Counted from the first letter of the whole stretch, positions 48,990-62,213 are shown. The stretch: DNA of 63,880 nucleotides, filler included, from Vicugna vicugna (GCA_013265495.1; 77 parts of 74 records of this genome joined end to end with filler, not necessarily neighbours in it), one strand, 5' to 3'. Program-made: numbers and translations. Notes: generated from the letters alone by a model not told the origin.

Positions 48990-49245
48990 AATTACAAGTC
49001 TTCTAAAGTTGTTCTTCTTTTTCAAGTACATTTTGGTTACTGAGACCCTCGAATTCCCATGTGAATTGTAGCAGCAGCTCATCAGTTTCTGCAGAGGAGC
49101 CCGCTGGGATTGTGATCGAGACCACGTTGACTATACGGATCACTCTGGGGAGCACTACCNNNNNNNNNNNNNNNNNNNNNNNNNNNNNNNNNNNNNTATT
49201 TAGGACTTCTTTAATTTTTTTTCAACAATGCATTCAGTTTACATA
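48990..49245 (-). mobile_element. Old L1 ORF2 fragment
   Basis: TTGTTCTTCTTTTTCAAG ... CCATGTGAATTGTAG ... GCTGGGATTGTGATCGAGA. Confidence 0.7.
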
Positions 49246-49548
49246 GTATTATTTTACTTTATTTTTTTGCCTTTATACTGAGGACAAGTGTGCCAGGTAC
49301 CGGGATCAGAAGTGTATTTGAGCCCCGCCACTTGCTGCCACCATGAACGCTGCACTCTTGCTTCACCCGCTGTACAATCTTACACAAAATAGGACCTCAG
49401 TAACTCTCTTCAATGAATGATTATATGATTGTTGGATGATGCTTGAGANNNNNNNNNNNNNNNNNNNNNNNNNNNNNNNNNNNNNNNNNNNNTTAATTAA
49501 TTAANNNNNNNNNNNNNNNNNNNNNNNNNNNNNNNNNNNNNNNNNNNN

Positions 49549-50292
49549 TTCTAATAAATTTCAAACTATAGCACTGAAATAAACTGGGTAAGATTTTTTA
49601 AAGGTCTAATGAAAACTCTGATTAAATGAATTAGTTATGTGGGACTGAGTAAACTGATGAATATGGTTATAATTTTTGATTTTGTTTGAAATGCTACTGG
49701 TTTTAACCTGTTTCTGAGTCATAAAGAATCTCTTCCTCTTAAGCTAGTTATGATTCACAGCAATTTGATAAAATATACCTATGTAAGCAGACTTAGAAGT
49801 GTTATCTTTTCTCTCTATCTGATCCCTCAAGAAGACTAAAAACTTTTAGATCCCCAGTGGCTCTATCAGATAAATTAAGAAGATCGTCTCTTAGCAGGTA
49901 TAGGAACCTCAAGGTATTTTAAGGACTTCGAAAATAAAAGAATTTACCTAAATCTGTTAGGCAGAAATCTATGACAAGACCTTGATGGGGATTTCCTGGC
50001 CATAGAAAACCTTATTAACATTCTAGCTTAAAAGTCCTTATTAAAAGTTCCAACATAGCCAATTTAAAAGAGCCTATATGATCAAATAATTAGACATAAC
50101 TTGTAAACAAATTCACCTTGATTTGACTATATTTGATAAAAATGAGGGAACTTTAGAGAGAAAAAGNNNNNNNNNNNNNNNNNNGAGAGAAAAATATTTT
50201 AGAGGATATTTAATTCTAGTTCTGTTAATTGATGTCTATATTTACTTCGCAGATCATTCCTTGCTGTTATGTCACATTGCTGTACAGTTTAA
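49549..50292 (+). mobile_element. Probable ERV1-class internal non-coding segment
   Basis: AAAAGTTCCAACATAGCCAATTTAAAAGAGCCTATATGATCAAA and TTTGATAAAAATGAGGG...TAGAGAGAAAAA resemble MER4-group internal sequence; recognition only. Confidence 0.55.
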
Positions 50293-50392
50293 NNNNNNNN
50301 NNNNNNNNNNNNNNNNNNNNNNNNNNNNNNNNNNNNTTAATTAATTAANNNNNNNNNNNNNNNNNNNNNNNNNNNNNNNNNNNNNNNNNNNN

Positions 50393-50967
50393 TCCGGTTT
50401 GCACTGTAAAACCGAGTTGGAGTTTGTTCCTTCCCATGTATATGTAAGGACTGGGTTTTGCAACTGAATAGAAACTTTGTGTTCCCTTCAAGTTAGGTGA
50501 AGGACGGCTTTAACACACACTTATCTCTCAGAACTGAGCATGAGGAGAGACGTTCGTTCATCCAACACAAAGGGAACAGTTTGTAGGAGAAACACTTACT
50601 CTGGTTTCTCANNNNNNNNNNNNNNNNNNNNNNNNNNNNNNNNNNNNNNNNNNNNNNNNNNNNNNNNNNNNNNNNNNNNNNNNNNNNGTGTGGAGTTTGA
50701 ATCTGAAAAGAAACTTTGTGTTCCCTTCAAGCTAGGTGAAGGACGGCTTTCACACACACTTATCTCTCAGAACTGAGCATGTGGAGAGACGTTGGTTCAT
50801 CCAGCACAAGCGGAACAGTTTGCAGGTGAAACACTTACTCTGGTTTCCCAGTCTGTTTCATAGGGCCGGTTTTAAGTTCCTTCAGACTGCACTGTAAAAC
50901 CGAGTTGCAGCTTGTACCTCCAAATATATATGTATTTTGTGGAGTTTGCAACTGAAAAGAATCTTTG
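50393..50967 (+). repeat. SatC 249-bp satellite
   Basis: GTGGAGTTTG at 50690 and 50939 (period 249, gap-free). Confidence 0.95.
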
Positions 50968-51067
50968 NNNNNNNNNNNNNNNNNNNNNNNNNNNNNNNNN
51001 NNNNNNNNNNNTTAATTAATTAANNNNNNNNNNNNNNNNNNNNNNNNNNNNNNNNNNNNNNNNNNNN

Positions 51068-52201
51068 ATCAAGGAAGAAATAATTGAAATAGATTTTAAA
51101 AAATAGAAAGAATAGAATAGAATAGAATAGAATGCTTTTTTGAAATAGTAAATAAAAATTGACAAATCTCTGGACAGGATCACTAACAAGAAGAGAGAGA
51201 GAACACAAATAATATTAGAAATGAAAATGCAGAAACTACAAAGATATCAACAAATTTACAATATATCATAAGGGAATACCATGNNNNNNNNNNNNNNNNN
51301 NNNNNNNNNNNNNNNNNNNNNNNNNNNNNNNNNNNNNNNNNNNNNNNNNNNNNNNNNNNNNNNNNNNNNNNNNNNNNNNNNNNNNNNNNNNNNNNNNNNN
51401 NNNNNNNNNNNNNNNNNNNNNNNNNNNNNNNNNNNNNNNNNNNNNNNNNNNNNNNNNNNNNNNNNNNNNNNNNNNNNNNNNNNNNNNNNNNNNNNNNNNN
51501 NNNNNNNNNNNNNNNNNNNNNNNNNNNNTACTCCCAAACTTACACCATAAGGCCAACGTCAACCTGATACAATAACCAGACAAAGACACTACCCCAAAAA
51601 GAAAACTATAGCCCAATATCATTGATAAACATAGAAGTAAAAGTCCTTGAGAAATTATTAACAAACAGAATCCAAAAGCATGTAAAAAAAGATCATGAAC
51701 CATGGACAAGTTAAGTTCACCCCAGGAACACAAGGACTGTTGAACATATGCAAATCAATCAATCAATTGTGATACACCATATCAACAAAAGAGAAGGCAA
51801 AAACAATATGATCATATCAGTAGTTGGAGAAAAAACATTTGATAAAATTTAACACCTATTTGCAATAAAAGTTCTTATCACAGTGGGCATAGAGGGACCA
51901 TAACTCAACATAATGAAAGCAGTTAATGACAAACATATAGCCAGCATAATACTCAGTGGTGAACAACTGGAACCCTTCCCACAAAAACCTGAGAGAAGAC
52001 AAGGATGCCCATTATCACAAATTAAATCACATATAGTCTTGGAATTCCTAGCTACAACGATCAGGCAAGAAAAAGAAATAAAATTATTCAGACTGGAAAA
52101 GAAGAGGTAAAACTGTCACAATATGCAGACATGACACTATATATAGAAAACTGTACAAGCTTCACAAAAAATACTTAGGCTAAAAAGGGAACTGGGCAAG
52201 G
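51068..52201 (+). mobile_element. LINE-1 ORF2 reverse-transcriptase region, decayed
   Basis: RQGCPLSQIKSHIVLEFLATTIRQEKEIK vs L1 [39 protein letters not shown]; disrupted YADD motif (TATGCAGACATGA). Confidence 0.95.
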
Positions 52202-54375
52202 NNNNNNNNNNNNNNNNNNNNNNNNNNNNNNNNNNNNNNNNNNNNTTAATTAATTAANNNNNNNNNNNNNNNNNNNNNNNNNNNNNNNNNNNNNNNNNNN
52301 NAATCCCAGGTCTGACTCCAACTCCAGTGCTCTTTGCAAAGGTCCATTTGCCTCTGTTGGGCTAGTTGCCAGGCCTGGCAGCGGGGGTGGGTTAAGACCA
52401 CATTGAGGGGAAAATAAGTCTCAACTCGGGGATGGGGCTGGAGAAGGAATGTCCCCTGCTCTTCCGAGTCAAGTCGTGCTTGGTGGGAGTGGGGGTGGGG
52501 TGGGGGAAACCCGGGGTGGGGGCGGGGTTGGGTTTGGAGATGCGGCAGGGACTCCTCAGGATAGTCACCAACATTTTCTGGGCAATCCTCTGGGTCAAGT
52601 ACTGTTCCGAGCAGTTTAGCTCAATCTTCAACATGTCCCTGTAGGGTAGATCCGTCGTCACTGACTTGTCACAGGTGAGGAAGCTGAGGTGCAGAGAGGT
52701 CAGGGCATGTGCCCGGAGCCCTGCAGCCCGGAGGTGGTAGAACCCACGCCCAGGAAACACTGGCTCTTGGGGCCCGGGGTGTGGTCCTCGGGGAGCATCT
52801 GATGCCGTCCCCCCCCGCTGGGCTTGAGCCCTCGTGGCCCCTCTGGGGGGCAGGTCTGCTACTCCCGCTTCAGGTTCTGGGACACACGAGGGCTTCCCTG
52901 GGAACATCGCGTCAAGGTGAGAACGTCTGGAGCGAGCTGGAGCCTTCGTGCTCAGAAAGGCCCGCTGAGCAGCTTGGGTTCGTGACAGTTGTCCATTTAG
53001 AACTTCATTTTTCTAAAACTTTACAATCTCACCAGTCTATTTACAAAGCTGTGCTTTTGTAGGAGATGAGCCGTCACCTCACTTGTTCTTTGAATATTTG
53101 ATTAACAGGTGAGCAGGCTGAACTTCCTCTGCCACGCTGTCTTTTTGCAAATTTAATTAAATTCCTCTGAATTGGTTCCATTCAGATTAAAGTGCATGNN
53201 NNNNNNNNNNNNNNNNNNNNNNNNNNNNNNNNNNNNNNNNNNTTAATTAATTAANNNNNNNNNNNNNNNNNNNNNNNNNNNNNNNNNNNNNNNNNNNNTT
53301 TTCTCCATTAGATGCAATTATGCAGTCAGGCTTTCAAATAGGGGCCTCTGTGTATCTTTGCCAATATTTATGTTGTAGAAAGCTGAAGATTTACTGCCAA
53401 GGAATGAAATGGAATGAATATTCAGGTACGTCTCCACCATTGATTCTCAGATCCTTCTTGTCATGTCATCTAAAGATGAACTCAGAACCGTTATTAGATG
53501 TGACTCAGCTCAGGCTGTAGCCCGTGTGGCACAGCTATTGTCTGATATCCTTCTAAACAGTCATGTGAGCCACAGCCTGTGCAGAAAGCCCGCAAGAGCA
53601 TCCTGCCTCATGGCAGCAAGGTTCACAGGGTCATCCCTTGCATATCTCACACCTACCTTTGACATTGTTGCTATTTCTTCTGGCCGACGGTTTCTGCCTG
53701 GTTCCTTGAGTGACCTCATGGCACATCACTGGCNNNNNNNNNNNNNNNNNNNNNNNNNNNNNNNNNNNNNNNNNNNNTTAATTAATTAANNNNNNNNNNN
53801 NNNNNNNNNNNNNNNNNNNNNNNNNNNNNNNNNTCATCCAGAGCCCGCCAGGCACCACACGCAGGTGGGACACGGATCACCTGTGCCTGTCACTCAAAGG
53901 ACTGGTGTGGACTTTCTTTTTATCAATTCTCTGGCATCTTCTCCTCCAACTTACCAACAACCAGAAAGTAGAATCTGACCTTAGAATCACAGAAAATCAC
54001 AGAGCACTGCCTCCACAGCGGGCCCGGCAGCACGTGCCACGTCCTCCGACCGTCACCTGTGGGACCACCATGAGCGCTCTCCAGACTCAAGGCCCGAGGC
54101 CATAGGCCAGGGGTCACAGCTTCCCTCTCTCTCCCCAGTAAAGGGGGACCACCTCTTGGCAAAGACATCTCACCCTCTTCTGACTGAGGGACAGCTCGAA
54201 AGATACACAGGGAAACATAGTAGAGGGTGAGGCTCTAGGCAGCCCAGAAGAGCTCGTCTGCACTTCCAAGGCAGANNNNNNNNNNNNNNNNNNNNNNNNN
54301 NNNNNNNNNNNNNNNNNNNTTAATTAATTAANNNNNNNNNNNNNNNNNNNNNNNNNNNNNNNNNNNNNNNNNNNN

Positions 54376-55519
54376 TGTGTGTGCTGGAGTTGGGGAAAAT
54401 TGGTCGACGCATATTTTGGGAAGCACAGTTGTTCCTTGTTTGGGGATGTATTTTAAACAACTCCCCTGCCCATAGAGAGGCACTCGCTATTACTAGTCTT
54501 TAGTGCCCAACACCCAACTTCGCTCACAGCCTGGCCAATGGAAACACTCAGGGAAAGCAAGCCAAATGATATTATATGTTCCCAGTTGCTGCTGTCATTT
54601 GGAGGTGCCTACCCACACTCAGTATACCAGAACTCTTCTTCGTGGGTGTGCTGGAGGTGGGGAAAGAGAGACCACGCATTTATATGGGGGGCAGGTGTTT
54701 AAAGGTTAGGGATGTAGTTTTAAAAACCTCCANNNNNNNNNNNNNNNNNNNNNNNNNNNNNNNNNNNNNNNNNNNNNNNNNNNNNNNNNNNNNNNNNNNN
54801 NNNNNNNNNNNNNNNNNNNNNNNNNNNNNNNNNNNNNNNNNNNNNNNNNNNNNNNNNNNNNNNNNNNNNNNNNNNNNNNNNNNNNNNNNNNNNNNNNNNN
54901 NNNNNNNNNNNNNNNNNNNNNNNNNNNNNNNNNNNNNNNNNNNNNNNNNNNNNNNNNNNNNNNNNNNNNNNNNNNNNNNNNNNNNNNNNNNNNNNNNNNN
55001 NNNNNNNNNNNNNNNNNNNNNNNNNNNNNNNNNNNNNNNNNNNNNNNNNNNNNNNNNNNNNNNNNNNNNNNNNNNNNNNNNNNNNNNNNNNNNNNNNNNN
55101 NNNNNNNNNNNNNNNNNNNNNNNNNNNNNNNNNNNNNNNNNNNNNNNNNNNNNNNNNNNNNNNNNNNNNNNNNNNNNNNNNNNNNNNNNNNNNNNNNNNN
55201 NNNNNNNNNNNNNNNNNNNNNNNNNNNNNNNNNNNNNNNNNNNNNNNNNNNNNNNNNNNNNNNNNNNNNNNNNNNNNNNNNNNNNNNNNNNNNNNNNNNN
55301 NNNNNNNNNNNNNNNNNNNNNNNNNNNNNNNNNNNNNNNNNNNNNNNNNNNNNNNNNNNNNNNNNNNNNNNNNNNNNNNNNNNNNNNNNNNNNNNNNNNN
55401 NNNNNNNNNNNNNNNNNNNNNNNNNNNNNNNNNNNNNNNNNNNNNNNNNNNNNNNNNNNNNNNNNNNAACGCACCTTTATGGGGCACAGGTGTTCCAAGT
55501 TTGGGGATGTAGTTTAAAA
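54376..55519 (+). repeat. SatD
   Basis: TGCTGCTGTCATTTGGAGG and GGGGCACAGGTGTTCCAAG motifs. Confidence 0.9.
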
Positions 55520-56264
55520 NNNNNNNNNNNNNNNNNNNNNNNNNNNNNNNNNNNNNNNNNNNNTTAATTAATTAANNNNNNNNNNNNNNNNNNNNNNNNN
55601 NNNNNNNNNNNNNNNNNNNCCCTGTAGGTCTCATCCCTGCTCCCTGATGGTCCATCTCCCCTCTGGGGTGGAAGAAGGAGAGAGATGAGTCAGAGGCAGC
55701 ACCGAGGACCCCAAGGGGGTTGGGCTGGAGCTGAGACCAAATGCTCAAGCCTCAAGATCTTGTGCCAGAGGTGGAAGAGGGGAGCCCTGAGCAGATTCAG
55801 GGTTCTTGGCATCACCAGTACAAGGGCGGAGGGTGATGATTAGATACATTAGTGTCTCAGATCATTGTGTCAGCACAGCGGTGACAGCACCTCCCTGATG
55901 AACTACCTCACCCCTGAGACTGCTGTCACATATCCCATTCTAGAGATGAGAGGACAGAGGCTCATCCCGGGGTGGGAGGATTCAGGATCGTCAGGCCAAC
56001 TGGACATGTGGGGATGGAGGAGAAACAGGAACAGGACAGTCTGTAGAAAAATGCAGAAACACCCTTGACTTAACATGAACTGAAATTCTGTCCAAGTTTC
56101 TTTTTGAGATTCTGACTTCTATGTGGGCATTGACTTTGCATCTGGCCAAGGCAGGGCCTGGGCTNNNNNNNNNNNNNNNNNNNNNNNNNNNNNNNNNNNN
56201 NNNNNNNNTTAATTAATTAANNNNNNNNNNNNNNNNNNNNNNNNNNNNNNNNNNNNNNNNNNNN

Positions 56265-56391
56265 TGTGGTTTTCCTACATCTGACTGTACTCCCCTCTAC
56301 AGCTTTTGAGAAGAGCTTCTTTATTAAATACTCCTCAAAATACCCAGTTTGAGTACCATTTCTGTTTCCTATCAGGACTTCTTTTGACAGG
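56265..56391 (+). mobile_element. Probable ERVL-type LTR 3' end
   Basis: TACCCAGTTTGAGTACCATTTCTGTTTCCT...GGAC...TGACA resembles ERVL LTR termini. Confidence 0.45.
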
Positions 56392-56875
56392 TACTATTAC
56401 TAATTATGATGATGGGGATTGTTAGTCCTCATGCCACAATGATTTCCAGAGGGGCAAAATTCATGTTTTATACAACTATTTTCCCTTAAAGTCCACAGCA
56501 CTATTAAAAGATAATGCAGATAAAACAAAACCAGTGGATTCTTGTGTTTTAATTTGATTGCCATTGACACTAATTCAGCTAGGTCATTTCATTAAAAACT
56601 TCTACACATTACTAAATGAAATATAGAAAGCCAAAAACATTAAAAAAAACATTAAGCAAATGTCATCTTTTTAATGTTGGGGTTTATATTGTTTCTTCAG
56701 AATAGTAATTTATAAGCAAATGTCTCTTACTTCACTCTCCTCTAGAATTTTGAAATCTTTAAGAAAAAATTCCATNNNNNNNNNNNNNNNNNNNNNNNNN
56801 NNNNNNNNNNNNNNNNNNNTTAATTAATTAANNNNNNNNNNNNNNNNNNNNNNNNNNNNNNNNNNNNNNNNNNNN

Positions 56876-57367
56876 ATTTAGAATATAGAATGTAGAACAC
56901 AGAATTTATAATAGTAAACAAAGAAAGTTGAAAATTCTATTTAGAATATAGAATTTAGAACACAGAATATAGAATATAGAATAGAGATAATAGAACCCAG
57001 AATTTAGAACATGGAATGCAGAACATAGAATATAGAATATAGCATACGGAATACTGGATATAGAATTTAGAATATAGAATGTAGAACACAGAATATAGAA
57101 TATAGAATACGAAATGCAGAATATAGAATACAGAATATATAATGTAGAAAACAGATTATAGAATATGGAGAAAAGAATACAGAAAACAGAATTTAGAACA
57201 TGGAATGCAGANNNNNNNNNNNNNNNNNNNNNNNNNNNNNNNNNNNNNNNNNNNNNNNNNATTTAAAATGTGCGGAACACAGATTTTAGAATATAGAATA
57301 CAGTACACTGAATATAGAATTAAGAACATGGAATGCAGGACCCATTATTTAGAATATAGAATACAGA
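56876..57367 (+). repeat. 7-bp satellite
   Basis: AGAATTT-AGAACAT-GGAATGC-AGAAC blocks within AGAATAT runs. Confidence 0.95.
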
Positions 57368-57467
57368 NNNNNNNNNNNNNNNNNNNNNNNNNNNNNNNNN
57401 NNNNNNNNNNNTTAATTAATTAANNNNNNNNNNNNNNNNNNNNNNNNNNNNNNNNNNNNNNNNNNNN

Positions 57468-58264
57468 CCCCTCTCCATATCCCTCCCTACTCTCTGCTCA
57501 TCCTGTCCATCTTTATCCCTCCACTTTTCCCCTCTGCTCCACCCGCTCCCATCTTCTACCTCCCTCGCTGTCCCACCTTCTCTCGCAGAACCCAGAGAGG
57601 ATCGCTGGCCCTCCTGCGCATGCGCAGTAGTGCCAGGTGGTCCGCTGGTTGGAAGCTCCATATCCTAGCCGGGGATCGGGCCCAAAGGCTTCTCAACTCT
57701 GTGGCCCATTAGGCCTTTGGTTCCTGCCTGGGGCCGGGGCCTATGACTGTGGAAGTGCAAGGTGGGCGGCTCCCGGGAAAGGGATCAGGCGGCTGCTAGA
57801 GGGCGGTCAGCCTGTCACAGTCCCCCAGGGCGCCAGTCAGCATGTGTTCAGCTGAATTGCCCAGGCCAGCCCCTCTCACAGCGCCACCTGCCCCGGCGCC
57901 CCGGCCACAGCTGCCAAGGGCCAGGTGTGCACCTGCAACCTCTCACCCAGCCGGGATCCCCTCAGTCCGCGGCTGGCGTCCCCTTCTCCTCTCCCGCCCG
58001 CGAGTCCTCTCCTCCCTGGCTTCCTCTCCTTGGCCGCCGGCCCGTTCACGCCCCTGGGAGGGCTGTGTCCGGGCGGGAGGGGATGGCGGGCGGCTGTGGC
58101 TGGGTCTCCGGCTGGCCTCTGAGCGGGCCTGAAGCCCGCGTCTCCCCCTCTTTCCCTCCCCCCCGGGGCTGCCCTCCTCTCCCTTTCCCGCTCCTGTAGG
58201 ACCAGCTCAGTGGCGCTGACACTGCTCCCTGGGCTGAGAGCCTCAGGCTGTAACGCCCTGCTTC
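57468..58264 (+). promoter_or_regulatory. Duplicated GC-rich promoter-like segment, copy 1
   Basis: Pyrimidine tract, perfect NRF1 palindrome TGCGCATGCGCA (57615-57626), donor-like AAG|GTGGGC (GT at 57762); paralog at 61430-62030. Confidence 0.65.
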
Positions 58265-58559
58265 NNNNNNNNNNNNNNNNNNNNNNNNNNNNNNNNNNNN
58301 NNNNNNNNTTAATTAATTAANNNNNNNNNNNNNNNNNNNNNNNNNNNNNNNNNNNNNNNNNNNNTTTTTCTTGAGTTGTTTTCCAAGGAGTAGATATGAG
58401 TTATAAACCAAACACATCTTCCGGGCAAAACACTCGGAGTGGTTTTCCAGCAGGCCAGACAGCTGTGAAGGGTTTACCATAGAGGAGCCCAGAGGCTGAG
58501 AGAGAAAGCCTCCAGGACCCTACAAAAAGCTGCCCAAAGTGCCTTCTCCATGGCACTAC

Positions 58560-58792
58560 TGAAATAGGAAAGAACAAATCTTACTCCATATTAGATCTGT
58601 TCGTTTGACTTTAAACCTGTGCCCTTTTTCCTAGGTTTAGTCTTGTTCGTTCTGCACCTTTTGTAAAACAATGTTGCCTAAAGCCTGAAATATACAGGAG
58701 ACCCTATCCTCAAGGCTCTGACTTTAAAGGAAATTAACACTTTTAAGATTCGTATAAAGATAACAAGTTACAAAATAGAAATAACATTTGTT
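58560..58792 (+). mobile_element. Probable ERV LTR 5' end
   Basis: Begins TGAAATAGGAAAGAACAAATCTTACTCCATATT (TG start plus ACTCCAT motif, typical of ERV1 LTR U3). Confidence 0.55.
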
Positions 58793-58892
58793 NNNNNNNN
58801 NNNNNNNNNNNNNNNNNNNNNNNNNNNNNNNNNNNNTTAATTAATTAANNNNNNNNNNNNNNNNNNNNNNNNNNNNNNNNNNNNNNNNNNNN

Positions 58893-59640
58893 CAATGGTC
58901 GGCAGCGCGTGGGATATAACGGAATGCCAAGCTCGTCCCCCCTGAGTGTTTTTCTAATGTCTCTCTGCCAGGAAATGCTAGGGATGATTGCAGGATATCC
59001 CAGTGTCAGAGGCTGACTCTCCAAGGTCAGGGAAGGTTTTTTTCGGTCTTCCCCGAACAGGGAACACCTGTGACTGAAGAGAGCTGCGTGGAGTTGTCCC
59101 TCGTTCTCCCCCACGCACTGACAATTGTTCCAGTATCCTGAGCGTGGAGAGGTTCCACCAAATTTCGGAAGCGCGTGGGTTCAAACGGAAAGCCTAAGCT
59201 CGTCTCCCCTGAAGGTTTTCCTAATGTCTTTGTGCAGGGAATGTTAGGGGGGTTTGCAGTATATCCCAGTGAGAGAGGCTGCCTCCCCAAACTTGGTCAG
59301 GGAAGTTGTTTCTCGGACTTTCCCAAAGAGGGAACACCTGTGATTGAAGAGAGCTGCGTGAACTTGTCTCTCGTGCTCCCCCACGCACTGACAATGATTC
59401 TGGAATCCTGAGAGTGGGGAGGTCCAACCAACGGTCGGCATCGCGTGGGTTCTAACGGAAAGACTTAGCTCGTCTCCCCTGAGTGTTTTCCTAATGTCTC
59501 TGTGTCAGGGAATGCTCGGGGGGTTTGCAGGATTTCCCAGTGACAGAGGCTGCCTCCTCTTGGTCAGGGAAGGTGTTTCTCGGACTTCCCCAAAGAGGGA
59601 ACACCTGTGATTGAAGAGAGCTGCGTGGACTTGTCTCTCG
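58893..59640 (-). repeat. SatA, ~2.8 monomers
   Basis: GGGAACACCTGTGA(C/T)TGAAGAGAGCTGCGTG three times at ~266-270 bp spacing. Confidence 0.96.
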
Positions 59641-59740
59641 NNNNNNNNNNNNNNNNNNNNNNNNNNNNNNNNNNNNNNNNNNNNTTAATTAATTAANNNN
59701 NNNNNNNNNNNNNNNNNNNNNNNNNNNNNNNNNNNNNNNN

Positions 59741-60604
59741 GAATTCTCACAAATACAAATGTAATTTACATTGTTTACATAACCAAGGCATTTAGTATTA
59801 CGAAGATGTTTCATGCATCACAGATTCCTCAAACTTGAATTTCTGAGTTGTGAACATGCACATGACTGATGTTTCAAACACCAAACAAGTTACCTATGCA
59901 CTATGAAATATTTATTTTGACTTCGTTGCTTCTGCCTATCACCAGTTTCAAGAATCATACTTTGNNNNNNNNNNNNNNNNNNNNNNNNNNNNNNNNNNNN
60001 NNNNNNNNNNNNNNNNNNNNNNNNNNNNNNNNNNNNNNNNNNNNNNNNNNNNNNNNNNNNNNNNNNNNNNNNNNNNNNNNNNNNNNNNNNNNNNNNNNNN
60101 NNNNNNNNNNNNNNNNNNNNNNNNNNNNNNNNNNNNNNNNNNNNNNNNNNNNNNNNNNNNNNNNNNNNNNNNNNNNNNNNNNNNNNNNNNNNNNNNNNNN
60201 NNNNNNNNNNNNNNNNNNNNNNNNNNNNNNNNNNNNNNNNNNNNNNNNNNNNNNNNNNNNNNNNNNNNNNNNNNNNNCTAGACACGTGTACACATTTTCA
60301 CATGCTTTCCCTAACACCAGGTTCGAATTCGTGCATTTTTCACAGAAAAATAGTTCTGGAGCGATTTCCAACTAACAGATATGTAATTTACATGTATTCC
60401 AACAACATGGCATTCCAGGTTCCGTACATGCTACATGTCTGACGGATTTGGCAATCATGAGTTTCTGACTTGTGAGCATGTGGATTACAGACCTTTCACC
60501 CTACGAACAAGGCGTATATAGACTTAGAAATATTTACTCTGACTTCATAGGTGTTTCTGTTCACCAGGTTTTAAAATCGGACATTTGGCACCAGAAAACA
60601 CTCT
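59741..60604 (+). repeat. SatB
   Basis: Canonical subunit motifs; closely matches 28927-29210. Confidence 0.95.
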
Positions 60605-61294
60605 NNNNNNNNNNNNNNNNNNNNNNNNNNNNNNNNNNNNNNNNNNNNTTAATTAATTAANNNNNNNNNNNNNNNNNNNNNNNNNNNNNNNNNNNNNNNN
60701 NNNNTTTCACTAATATTGTTTAGAATCTAAACAAGCAGCATTGTGGTCCCTCTGCATCCACATCTTTGGAAAAAGAGCCACTGGCAGCTCAAGATCAGAA
60801 ACTGAACAATACTCAGCTGGAATATCTTAACATCATAAGGTGCCGGGCAGGGAGGCTGTCCAGCTCTCCCGAGGCTGTGTCAGAGGAGTCAGGAGCCCAC
60901 TGCTCTCTGTTGGATAATTAGAGCATGGAAGAGAATGATATCCACAGTGGATCAAAGGCAACAACTAATGTTTAATGATAGTGGGAAAAAAAAGAAAATC
61001 CCTTACTTGTTACCTTTGGAAGACAGTGAGTGACCAACACCAAAAAACTGTTTACAGAAAGAATCAAACATTTATTCTGTCTTTACCTTGTGAATTCTGT
61101 CTCAGAGTAACTAAATTGATGAAAGGAAATTCTCTCATTACAGAATTCTTTCAGCTAATAAGTACCGAAGATGTAAAAATATTGTAATTTTGCANNNNNN
61201 NNNNNNNNNNNNNNNNNNNNNNNNNNNNNNNNNNNNNNTTAATTAATTAANNNNNNNNNNNNNNNNNNNNNNNNNNNNNNNNNNNNNNNNNNNN

Positions 61295-62113
61295 GAGGGT
61301 TGGATCAGGGAGGTAAAACTTGAGCTGCGGGCCTTGAAGTGTTTCAGAAGGGTACAGAGGCAGGTCTGCCGCCTCCTTCGGGGTGCCACAGAGGTAAAGC
61401 TTTTTCTCTCCAACTCCGCTAAGACCCTCCCCTCTCCAGATTCCTCCCTTCTCTCTGCTCCTCCTGTCCATCTGTCTCCCTCCACTTTTCCCCTCCTCTC
61501 CACCCGGTCCCATATTCTCCCTCCCTCGCTGTCCTACCTCTCGTAGAACTCGAGAGGCTCGCTGGCCCTCCTGCGCATGCGCAGTGGGTGCCACCTGGTC
61601 CGCTGGTTGGAAGCTCCAGCTCCGAGCAGGGGATCGGCCCAAAATCTTCTGAGCTCTGTCTCCCGGTAGGCCTTTGGCTCCTGCCTGGGGCCGGGGCGTC
61701 TGTCTGTGGAAGTGCAAGGTGGGGGCTCCCGGGAAAGGTGTCAGGCGGCTGCAGGAGGGCGGTCCGCCTGTCACAGCCTCCCAGGGCGCCAGTCAGCCTG
61801 TGTTCAGCTGAATTGCTCAGGCCAGACCCCTCTGCCAGCGCAAGCGCCCCTGCCACAGCTGTCCAGGTCCAGGTGTGTACCTGCCGCCTCTCACCCAGCC
61901 GGGCTCCCCTCAGTCCGTGGCTGGCGTCCCCTTCCCTTCTACCGCCCTCGAGTGTTCTCCTCCCGGGCTGCCTCTCCTAGGCCGCTGGCCCGTCCCCAAC
62001 ACTGGGCGGGCTGTGTCCCGGGCGGGCGGGGTCTACGGACCCGGACGGGGCGGGTGGCTGGGGCTGGGGCTGGCCTCCCAGGGGGCTGCAGCCCGCGTCC
62101 CCCCCCCCCCGCT
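61295..62113 (+). promoter_or_regulatory. Duplicated GC-rich promoter-like segment, copy 2
   Basis: TGCGCATGCGCA at 61572-61583; AAG|GTGGGG with GT at 61719; collinear with 57468-58080. Confidence 0.65.
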
Positions 62114-62213
62114 NNNNNNNNNNNNNNNNNNNNNNNNNNNNNNNNNNNNNNNNNNNNTTAATTAATTAANNNNNNNNNNNNNNNNNNNNNNNNNNNNNNN
62201 NNNNNNNNNNNNN

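Noticed and set aside
51068..52201. Reverse transcriptase as a novel or active RT system
   Set aside because: It is an ordinary decayed L1 ORF2 with stops, frameshifts and a broken catalytic motif.
57637..58199. Pro/Gly/Ala-rich ORFs in GC-rich segments (also 34118-34843, 52392-52907, 61247-62161)
   Set aside because: Open frames are expected at this GC content, no domain is recognisable, and the frames are not preserved between the paralogous copies.
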